A stretch of 45,862 nt of DNA from the NCBI GenBank assembly GCA_043808545.1, contig JAZDEU010000020.1, positions 1-45,862 on the forward strand. Direction: 5' to 3'. The notes under the pieces are model-generated. The model saw only the letters and a program-made list of their open reading frames with translations. It was not told the DNA's origin and made no database searches. The position numbers and the translations under genes are program-made. Every line of letters begins with the position of its first letter. Positions within the stretch are counted from its first letter, which is position 1. Shown here in pieces: positions 8,468-16,300 of the stretch. Origin of the DNA: a bacterium (lineage in GTDB: Bacteria > Patescibacteriota > Patescibacteriia > JAZDEU01).

Positions 8468-9025
8468 TTAGATGCTTAAAGCAGAATGGTCAAGATTAAA
8501 AGTTATTTTATTTTCATATTTTCTTACTATAATATTTCTCTTGTTAGCAAGTTCTATAGATTCATTTTCTTCTTCAAATTTTTCTCCTCCGGTTTGAATT
8601 CTATGATATTCATCAAGATATACTATTTCCGCGATGCCTGTATTATTTAATATTTTCATACAGTCATAGCAGGGAAGCAAGACGCAGTAAAGAGTGGCGC
8701 CTCGTAATCTTTTTGTGTCTTGGCAGTTTATTATTCCATTTATTTCCGCGTGAGCTCCTCTGCATCTTTGGATTTTCCCCGTTTCGGAATCCCCGTCTAT
8801 TTTAGCGCATCCTTTTTCTACGCAATGTATATCTCCTGCGGTAGGTCCATTATATCCCATTGATATTATTCTTTTGTTTTCATCTACATAAACAGCTCCT
8901 GTCTCATGAAATTTGCATGCCGCTCTTTTTGAAACTAAAACTGCAAGGTTAATAAAAAATTCATCCCAGCTTAATCGGTTTGTTTTTGGGTTGTCCTTGC
9001 TAACTTTCGGTAAATTTAAAAGCAT
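8468..9025 (-). CDS. deoxycytidylate (dCMP) deaminase
   Basis: Zinc motifs HAEINGI and PCYDCMK; N-terminal WDEFFINLAVLVSKRAAC is typical of ComEB/dCMP deaminases. Confidence 0.8.
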   Translation of the reverse strand: MLLNLPKVSKDNPKTNRLSWDEFFINLAVLVSKRAACKFHETGAVYVDENKRIISMGYNGPTAGDIHCVEKGCAKIDGDSETGKIQRCRGAHAEINGIINCQDTKRLRGATLYCVLLPCYDCMKILNNTGIAEIVYLDEYHRIQTGGEKFEEENESIELANKRNIIVRKYENKITFNLDHSALSI

Positions 9026-9107
9026 AAGATTTTATTTTATAATTATTTTATTTATTTTATCAAATTACATCTGTTAGCGCAACCTTGACAAAAATGCGTA
9101 AAATCCA

Positions 9108-10175
9108 TTATCCGCCGCCGATAATAGCCACTGATCCTATTCGTCCGTCTTTGCCCAAACATTTTACCCGTCCGGCTCTTGAAAAAAAGTTTTCCAAACG
9201 GTGCGCATAATAGGATGATTTATTATCACAAAAACCAGCCAGTTCATTCAAATCTTTTTTCCATTCATTTATTGAATCTATAATAAAAAGGACATTATTT
9301 CCCATATCGCGGAAATATTCGGTGGCGGTGATTGCTTTATCCATAAATATATCGCGGGAAGCAGATAATTTTGCGCCATTAGTAAAAAAAATTGTTTTTT
9401 CAAGCAAAGATTTTTTTGATTTTAGATCTTTAAATTCAGTAAATTTATTTAAAAATTCAGGCTGGTTTTCTTTACGCAATACGGCAATTATTACATCTGC
9501 TTCTGTCCACTTTGCCAGCTGGCGCTGCATTATAGATTTTTCTATTTTATCTTCCTGATTAAATTTAGAGCAGAAAATGGAATCTAATATTTTTTGTTTG
9601 GAAATCAGTTCCTGCTCGGAAGAATTTTTTTCTTGATAAGGGCGCGGTATTCTAATCGGCCAATTTTGTCTCATAGAAATATCAATGAGTTTATTTCCGT
9701 CATAAATCTGAGCAATCGGTTCCTGAATTATAAAATTGCCGCTTTTGATGGATATTATTTCTCCGTTCATTTCATAAGGTGTTAGGATTTTATGGCTTAT
9801 GGAAGATGTTTCTTTTACTTCTCCTAAAAGATCTCCAGAATTTATTTTTTCGCCTTTAAACATCATAGGCAAGAAATTCCATTTTTCTGCAAGGTTTTGT
9901 TCTTTTTTGTAACGGCTGAAGATTCCGGGACCTAATTTGGTTAAAAAATAATGATTAGTGGAATAAACATTATCATTGGTGGTAAGTCCCGCCGTATTTT
10001 CATAAGCTTGAATATATATTTCGTCTGGAGTAATTTCTATAACTTCGCCGATCAATTTTCTATATCCCAGTTGTACTATTTCGTATAATTTCGCAGATTT
10101 TAAATTTTTCGTTGTTATAAAACTTTGATTGATAAAAGAAATTTTTCCAACATTTTGAGAATCGGCATAAGACAT
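9108..10175 (-). CDS. degenerate, truncated V/A-type ATPase catalytic (A) subunit homolog lacking Walker A
   Basis: Collinear with A subunits: GEVIEI..IQAYENTAGL, LGPG, the A-specific bulge with HKIL.P, WPIR.PRPY, QLAKW..ADV, ATEYFRDMG, FSRAGRV...GSVAIIGGG. GPFGSGKT is replaced by SKFNQEDK, and the protein stops about 200 aa early. Confidence 0.6.
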   Translation of the reverse strand: MSYADSQNVGKISFINQSFITTKNLKSAKLYEIVQLGYRKLIGEVIEITPDEIYIQAYENTAGLTTNDNVYSTNHYFLTKLGPGIFSRYKKEQNLAEKWNFLPMMFKGEKINSGDLLGEVKETSSISHKILTPYEMNGEIISIKSGNFIIQEPIAQIYDGNKLIDISMRQNWPIRIPRPYQEKNSSEQELISKQKILDSIFCSKFNQEDKIEKSIMQRQLAKWTEADVIIAVLRKENQPEFLNKFTEFKDLKSKKSLLEKTIFFTNGAKLSASRDIFMDKAITATEYFRDMGNNVLFIIDSINEWKKDLNELAGFCDNKSSYYAHRLENFFSRAGRVKCLGKDGRIGSVAIIGGG

Positions 10176-10686
10176 ATAGTTAAGAATATCATATACTGGT
10201 TTGGTGTCAATGAGGCGCGGCTGTTTTTTTGAAGGTTAAGTATTCTCTAATCGTAAGAAGATACTATAAATGGCAGTATGCTATCACGATAAATTTTTGA
10301 TTTATTTTTAAAAAATTTTCTATTTTTATTAAATTCAAATCGCTTTTTATTTTTACTTTTATCTTTTTAATCTCCTTTTAAATAATTTTACTTTTGCTTT
10401 TTGCATCTCTTCCGCAAATTCATTATCGCTTTTTTCTTTCGCTATTTTTTCCATTCCTTCAAAACTAAAATTTTCTAATTATGCTTCCATTTTTTGATTC
10501 CGCTAACGCGTTATCATTTGAATGCATTGATCTGGATTTCGGTAGAACCCGTTTCCTCGGATAGTATCATCTTGCATTAGAGAAGACTATCCCTTTACAA
10601 ATAGCCTGAATTTGATATAATATAAGCATACTCGTCATCCTGAACTTTGCGAAGGATCTCATAAATTATAATAAATTTACATCATT

Positions 10687-12636
10687 ATGAAAATCAAAAG
10701 ACATTATAAAATTTTAATAGCAGTTCTTATTCTTATTGCATCCGGGCTGATTTATTATAGCCGTTCAAAATCAAAAATTGACGCGTATCTTACCGCTAAA
10801 GTGGAAAAAGGAGATTTAGCGCAAATTGTATCAGCGACAGGCACAATTACTCCGCCTTCAGAAATAAATTTAGCCGCTCAAATTGCTGGGAAAATTGCGG
10901 AGATGGATGTTGCTATTGGAGATAAAGTTGTAAAAGATCAAGTTTACGCTAAATTGGAAGGAAAAGATTTAGAAATAAAAGTTCAGGAAGCAGAAGCTAA
11001 TTTAGCTGCCGCTCGCGCTGATTATAGTAAATTATTGGCGGGTTCTAAGGACGAAGATGTCGCTGTGAGCGCGGCGAATGTTACAAAAGCTGAGACAGAA
11101 TATAATAATTATTTAAAAACTTTGGAAGATACGAAAAAGCAATCCACTCAAGATGTAAAAGCCGCTGAAGATAATTTAGAAAATGTTAAAGCGCGTTCGG
11201 AGCGAGACATAGAAGTTGCTGATGAAACATTAGCTTCCGCGAAAGTAGCTCTTAGCGATAGTAAAAAATCTTTAGAAAATACTAAGTATATTAAACAGCA
11301 AGCTATTGTTAGCGCGAAAGAAGATGCTTTAACTGATCTAGACACAAAGATGTTTGTGGCGTCTGCTTCTTTAGGCGTTGTTAATGATATAATTTCAAAT
11401 AGCAATATAATGTATCTTTTGAGCATTAGAGATATTTCTTATCTTAGCGTAACAAAAAATTATTATGATTCTGCCATATTAAAGATTAAAGACGCGAGAA
11501 GTTATTTAGATACTGCGAAAGAAAGCAATAATATGGATGATATAAAATTAGCTTTAGATTACGCTAACAGCGCTTTGAATGAAACTTTTAATACGGTATT
11601 AAATTGTTATAATGTTTTAATAAATACAGTGAGCGGAACTAATTTAACAAGTACAGCTCTTGATGCTTATAAAACTAGCATAAAAACAGAGCAAACAAAC
11701 ACAAGCGCGGCAATGGCGGTTATCCAGTCTGACAAGCAAGGATTAGATGACGCGCTTTTAGATTATGATTCCAGTATTAACATTGCGGAAGCCGCAGTTA
11801 ATGCTAAAGAAAGTGCTTTGAATTCCGCGGAGATTAACTTATCGCTCGCTAAAACTAATAAAGATATACAAATAAAAGACGCGGAAAATAATTTATCGTC
11901 GGTTATGATTTCAAGTAAAAAGAAAATAAATGACGCGGAAAGCGCTCTCAATTCTTACGAGAATCAATGGAAATTGATGGATCGCCAGCTTGATCTTAAA
12001 AAATCTTCTCCAGTGTCGTCTGAGATAAACTTATATAGCGCCAGAGTAAAACAGGCGGAGGCGAGTTTAGCCGCGGCGCAGGAAAATTTTGATAAAACAA
12101 TATTAAAAGCTCCGATTGACGGAGTAATTACAAAAAAAGCTTATGAAATCGGGGAGCAGACGACTTCAAATACGGCGATTTATTCTATGATGGCGAGTGA
12201 TAATTACGAGGTTGAAGTGACGATCCCTGAATCTGATATTATAAAATTAAAAACAGGGCAAGAGGCAAGCGTGACATTAGATGCTTACAGCGATGATATT
12301 AAATTTACTGGGAGGGTAGTATTTATAGAGCCTGCGGAAACGATTATACAAGATGTTGTATATTATAAAGTAAAAATAGAACTTGATAAAAATTCTTATG
12401 AAGTAAAGTCTGGAATGACGGCGAATGTGGATATAAAAACAGCGGAAAGAAAGAATGTTTTAATGGTTCCGCAAAAAGCGGTTATATCTAATGGAGAAAA
12501 AAAGGTGAAAAAAATTGTAAATGGAAATATGGCGGAAGTTATAGTTGAAGCTGGTTTAAAGGGAGAGGATGGAATGGTTGAAATTTTGAGCGGTCTTCAG
12601 GAGGGAGATGATGTTGTTATTTATGAGAAAAAATGA
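10687..12636 (+). CDS. HlyD/MacA-family periplasmic adaptor (membrane fusion protein) with a greatly extended coiled coil
   Basis: N-terminal TM anchor. Split lipoyl/beta-barrel signatures (VEKGDL...ISATGTI; ILKAPIDGVITKKAYEIGEQ; AIYSMM) are separated by about 400 aa of helical repeats. Confidence 0.7.
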   Translation: MKIKRHYKILIAVLILIASGLIYYSRSKSKIDAYLTAKVEKGDLAQIVSATGTITPPSEINLAAQIAGKIAEMDVAIGDKVVKDQVYAKLEGKDLEIKVQEAEANLAAARADYSKLLAGSKDEDVAVSAANVTKAETEYNNYLKTLEDTKKQSTQDVKAAEDNLENVKARSERDIEVADETLASAKVALSDSKKSLENTKYIKQQAIVSAKEDALTDLDTKMFVASASLGVVNDIISNSNIMYLLSIRDISYLSVTKNYYDSAILKIKDARSYLDTAKESNNMDDIKLALDYANSALNETFNTVLNCYNVLINTVSGTNLTSTALDAYKTSIKTEQTNTSAAMAVIQSDKQGLDDALLDYDSSINIAEAAVNAKESALNSAEINLSLAKTNKDIQIKDAENNLSSVMISSKKKINDAESALNSYENQWKLMDRQLDLKKSSPVSSEINLYSARVKQAEASLAAAQENFDKTILKAPIDGVITKKAYEIGEQTTSNTAIYSMMASDNYEVEVTIPESDIIKLKTGQEASVTLDAYSDDIKFTGRVVFIEPAETIIQDVVYYKVKIELDKNSYEVKSGMTANVDIKTAERKNVLMVPQKAVISNGEKKVKKIVNGNMAEVIVEAGLKGEDGMVEILSGLQEGDDVVIYEKK

Positions 12637-12749
12637 AAGAATAAAGAATGATAAAAAATTAAAGATAGAGTGATATGGTGGGTATTGTTTCCCCTTCAGC
12701 GTCGATCAGAAAAAATTTGCGATAGCAGTTTAATAGGGGAGTTTCTTTG

Positions 12750-13019
12750 GGGTCATACAGAATATTGCCATAGCGAGCCTTAAAATATAGTAAAAAAAAG
12801 TTGCATAGTTCAGATCATACGCAATTTAGGGTTAGTGTTTTTGTCATTTCGACCGAACGAAAAAATATTTATGGAGTGAAACGCAGTAAATACTTTTTTC
12901 GTGAGTGGAGAAATCCCTTTTAAATAGGCTAAATAATAACAGATTCCTCCGCCCCCCCCACCCAGAGCTCTGGGTGGGGGTCGGAATGACATTCTACAAC
13001 CCTATATTCTGTATGACCC
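12750..13019. mobile_element. 270-bp MITE-like non-coding element with 16-bp perfect terminal inverted repeats (GGGTCATACAGAATAT)
   Basis: TIRs at 12750-12765 and 13004-13019. It contains inner inverted copies of GTCATT(T/C)CGACC and a 26-bp GC palindrome at 12955-12980. It has no coding capacity beyond a repeat-derived 60-aa ORF. Confidence 0.55.
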
Positions 13020-13208
13020 GATTTTTATCGACCTGCTCATTTTATTTATTTTGATTGCGTTTTAGAGGTTATTGGCGGAAAGCTAAAATTGCAGAAAGAT
13101 GAATTAAGCGAAGCAAAATGGTTTACTCCTCGCGAGGCATTGGATCTGGACTTAGCGGAAAGTTATAAGGAGAGCATAGAAAAATATATTGAGTTTTTAA
13201 AAGAGTAA
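13017..13208 (+). pseudogene. C-terminal fragment of a NUDIX hydrolase gene (N-terminus including the NUDIX box is missing)
   Basis: The open frame PDFYRPAHFIYFDCVLEVIGGKLKLQKDELSEAKWFTPREAL...* begins at the right TIR of the MITE-like element. There is no start codon and no GX5EX7REUXEEXGU box upstream. Confidence 0.45.
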
Positions 13209-13326
13209 CAGAAAACCCTGGCAAAAGCCGGGGTCAGAAAACTCGGTAGTCCTGTTAAGGGCTTTCCCACTGGGATTTGTCCCGAGCATCTAGTTTCTAA
13301 AAGAATAATATCATATATATAAATGT

Positions 13327-14295
13327 ATGTCAAGATTAAAAAATTTTATTAAAATCGTAATAACGCAAAATTTAGGATTGTCAAAAGAACATATTGAACG
13401 GTTGAAATGTTTAGGGAAAGTAAAAATTTATAATGATTTAGCTAAAAATGCGGAAGAATGGTTAAATCGTTGTAATGGATCGGATATAATATGCACAGGA
13501 AAATTCGGATTAAAAACGAAAATTTATGAGTTAAAAAATGTGTTTTTTGTTTTGCCTTTTGTCTGTGTCGGTTTTTTGGATACAGGAAAACTTAGAGAAA
13601 GAAATATAACAGTTTCATATTGCCCGGGATGCAATAAAGACGCGGTTTCAGAGTGGATAATAGGAATGATAATAAATTTATTAAGAGATTTGCCGCATTT
13701 GATAAATAATAAAACTTTATCAAAAGGAAAAATTCCAGAAGCAAATATCGGGCTTACAGAAAAGAGAGTGGTTATACTGGGGAAAGGAAATATCGGTTCG
13801 CGCGCAGGGAAAATTTGCAAGGCGCTTGATATGGATGTGAATTATTTTCAAAGAAGCGGCAATTTAGCAGAGTGTGTTAAAAGTGCGGATATAATAATTA
13901 ATGCGTTAAGTTTAAATCCATCTTCAGTCAGGTTATTAGATGGAAATTTTTTTAAGGCGCTTTAAAAAGGCTCTTTTTTTATTACAGTTACCAATCCTGA
14001 AATTTATGATACGGATGCGATGCTTGAGGCATTAGATAATGGCACATTAGCAGGGGTTGCGTGCGACGCTGGCGGAATACAAGTCGGGGATGTTTATGAT
14101 CCTTATTATAAAAAATTATTACGGCATCAGAAAATTTTAGCAACTCCGCATATAGCCTATAAAACGGATGCGACCAATAAAACAGGAAATGATATGATGA
14201 TAAATAATATAGAAGCGTGGATAAAAGGAAAACCGATAAATATATGTCAAGAACTCAAAAAGAAATTAAAAATTTTATTAAAAATTGGAAATTAG
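13327..14295 (+). pseudogene. D-isomer-specific 2-hydroxyacid dehydrogenase family gene interrupted by an in-frame TAA (13963-13965)
   Basis: ORFs 13327-13965 and 14020-14295 are in the same frame. NAD fold VVILGKGNIGSRAG; C-terminal TPHIAYKT. The expected catalytic Arg region reads VTNPEIYD. Confidence 0.6.
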
Positions 14296-16205
14296 AAATT
14301 AGAAATTATTGCTTATTAGTATTGTGCATTGCATTATTTTGTTTGTGCGGGCATTTTGTCATCGCCGCTGAGATGGCGAATCCCATTTATTCAATTCGCA
14401 TAGACGAGGAGACGATTAAGAAGGGATATGATATTAAGGGATTTGATGATAATTTTCAAGTCGCTGTTTTTCCGTTTGTTTTAAAAACTCCGACGAGGAT
14501 TGAATTAAAAAACAGAACGGAGATTGCGAAGAGTGAAAATGTGAATAAATTGGAGGCGGCTGGGAATGAAGATAACGCGGATGTGATAAATAATATTTCT
14601 ACAACTACGAATGATGTTATTTATTCTTCCAGTACTGATTTTATCGCATCATCTACGGAGCAACTGGAAGTTGAAAATAACACCCCCCTTGCCACCCTCA
14701 AGGGGGGGACAATTTTATTATTAGGCGAAAATCCAGACGGCTGGGAAATAAACAGCGATATTTATGAATTTGATGTCCGAGATAAAGATGCTTATGATGG
14801 TAAGAAACCTTTTATTGTGTCAATAAGATATGATGATAATGTTGATTTAAGTATTAACACCTCCCCTTCGGCAAGCTCCCGCCAAAAGGGCGGGCAGGCA
14901 GAGCAGGCTCTTGCCACCCTCAAGGGTGGATTTCATTTAAACAGAAAAAAAATATTTTATTTTGACAGCGGGAGGAATGAGTGGATTCCTTTGCCTTCAA
15001 CGATAATGTACGGAGATAATTTGGTGAGAGCTGTAATTCAGCTTTCTTATGCAAAACTTGCAGTGTTTGAAAATGATGGCATTCTTAGCATTGGCGAGGC
15101 GAGCTGGTATAAATATAAAGGGTGCAACTGCGCGGCAAGTCCTGATTATCCAAAGGGAACAAAGCTGAAAGTAACAAATCTTTATAATGATAAGTCCGTA
15201 ATTGCTGTAGTGAATGATTATGGACCAGAGAGGGATATATTTCCCGATCGCGTTGCTGATCTTGATCTTGAAGCGTTTTCTAAAATCGCAAAAAAGGGCG
15301 TGGGAGTGATTGATGTAAAAGTTGAGCCGTTAGATGAAATTTGTTCTTATGCTTTTGAAAAAGCGAAACATCCAGAAACGCCAGCTCCTGAAATTAGCGC
15401 GCCTTTTGCCATTGTGATAGATGAGCCGACTGGGGAGGTTCTTTATAAAAAAGGCGAAGATAAAAAAGTTCCGATTGCGAGCATTAGCAAATTGATGACT
15501 GCGAGTGTGTTCTTGAGTGTGATGCGTAATTCGTCAGGGTCCCTTTCAGGAGACTCTGACGGGACATCTCGCGCCACACTCAAGGGGGGAACTAATGTCC
15601 AGCTTAATGGATGGAATAAAATAATTACCTACAATAAAGCCGATGATTTAGACGGCGCGAAATTATATGTGAATGATGGTGAAACGATGACTATCAAAGA
15701 TATTTTTTATTCTATGCTTGTCGGTTCTGCAAATAATGCCGCGAAAACTTTGGTAAGGAATTCTGGAATTGGATATAATGATTTTGTGGAAGAGATGAAT
15801 AAAAAAGCTAAAGAGTGGAAATTAAATAATACAGAGTTTAAAGATCCGACAGGTCTTAACACAGAGAATGTCAGCACTGCGTTAGATGTTGCTAATATGG
15901 CGCGGCAGGCGTTAAAAGATTTTGAGATGTTAAAAGCCACAACTATATCTCAATATTCATTTAAAACGATAAATACAGGCAATGCGCATATTGTGAAAAA
16001 CACAGATAATCTTCTTCTTGATAAAGATTTATATATAACCGGAGCAAAAACTGGATTTTTGAATGAAGCGGGATATTGTCTTGTTTTAAAAGCAAAAAAT
16101 AAAAATGATGGCAGAGAAGTAATCGCTGTTGTTTTGGGAGAGTCCAGTTCTGAGGCGCGGTTTGATGATATAAAAAAATTGGCGCAGTGGGGATTGGGGG
16201 AGTAG
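14244..16205 (+). CDS. secreted fusion protein: RlpA-like DPBB domain + serine-type D-Ala-D-Ala carboxypeptidase (peptidase S11)
   Basis: TM/signal segment; GEASWYKYKGCNCAASPDYPKGTKLKVTNL..VIAVVNDYGPE (RlpA/DPBB); SxxK (ASISK), SxN (SANN), KTG (KTGF). The track start at 14217 overlaps the upstream pseudogene, so the ATG at 14244 is preferred. Confidence 0.75.
   Translation: MSRTQKEIKNFIKNWKLEIRNYCLLVLCIALFCLCGHFVIAAEMANPIYSIRIDEETIKKGYDIKGFDDNFQVAVFPFVLKTPTRIELKNRTEIAKSENVNKLEAAGNEDNADVINNISTTTNDVIYSSSTDFIASSTEQLEVENNTPLATLKGGTILLLGENPDGWEINSDIYEFDVRDKDAYDGKKPFIVSIRYDDNVDLSINTSPSASSRQKGGQAEQALATLKGGFHLNRKKIFYFDSGRNEWIPLPSTIMYGDNLVRAVIQLSYAKLAVFENDGILSIGEASWYKYKGCNCAASPDYPKGTKLKVTNLYNDKSVIAVVNDYGPERDIFPDRVADLDLEAFSKIAKKGVGVIDVKVEPLDEICSYAFEKAKHPETPAPEISAPFAIVIDEPTGEVLYKKGEDKKVPIASISKLMTASVFLSVMRNSSGSLSGDSDGTSRATLKGGTNVQLNGWNKIITYNKADDLDGAKLYVNDGETMTIKDIFYSMLVGSANNAAKTLVRNSGIGYNDFVEEMNKKAKEWKLNNTEFKDPTGLNTENVSTALDVANMARQALKDFEMLKATTISQYSFKTINTGNAHIVKNTDNLLLDKDLYITGAKTGFLNEAGYCLVLKAKNKNDGREVIAVVLGESSSEARFDDIKKLAQWGLGE
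14683..14707. repeat. GC-rich hairpin CCCCCCTTG-ccaccct-CAAGGGGGG inside the CDS (encodes PLATLKGG)
   Basis: Read directly. Decayed copies at about 14909-14927 and 15573-15589 also encode ATLKGG. Confidence 0.8.
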
Positions 16206-16300
16206 CATTTTGATTGCTGTTTAATTTTTTTTATTGTATAATTGTTTTAGAAGTTGTTTCTCAGTGCAGAGGGATTTATTTAAAAAATTAAAATTACATT

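Noticed and set aside
10176-10686. 511-bp divergent intergenic region checked for a gene remnant, including a 31-codon minus-strand ORF (MEKIAKEKSDNEFAEEMQKAKVKLFKRRLKR*) that looks like an antitoxin tail
   Set aside because: It is too short and lacks a partner or a recognisable domain. The region also holds a copy of the GTCATCCTGAAC...GGATC repeat word. I treat it as a promoter/repeat region.
12810-12992. 60-aa minus-strand ORF (MSFRPPPRALGGGGGG...)
   Set aside because: It is a translation of the GC palindrome and the GTCATT..CGACC repeat arms inside the MITE-like element. It is not a credible gene.
13209-13326. GC-richer structured stretch (CCCTGGC-aaaa-GCCGGGG; CTCGG...CCGAG) considered as SRP/4.5S RNA, a riboswitch or an RNase P fragment
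   Set aside because: I could not find the SRP domain IV consensus (GGUCC-GGAA-GGAAGCAGC-like) or the RNase P CR-I/CR-V motifs, and it has no tRNA cloverleaf. It would need Infernal/Rfam to settle. I left it unannotated.
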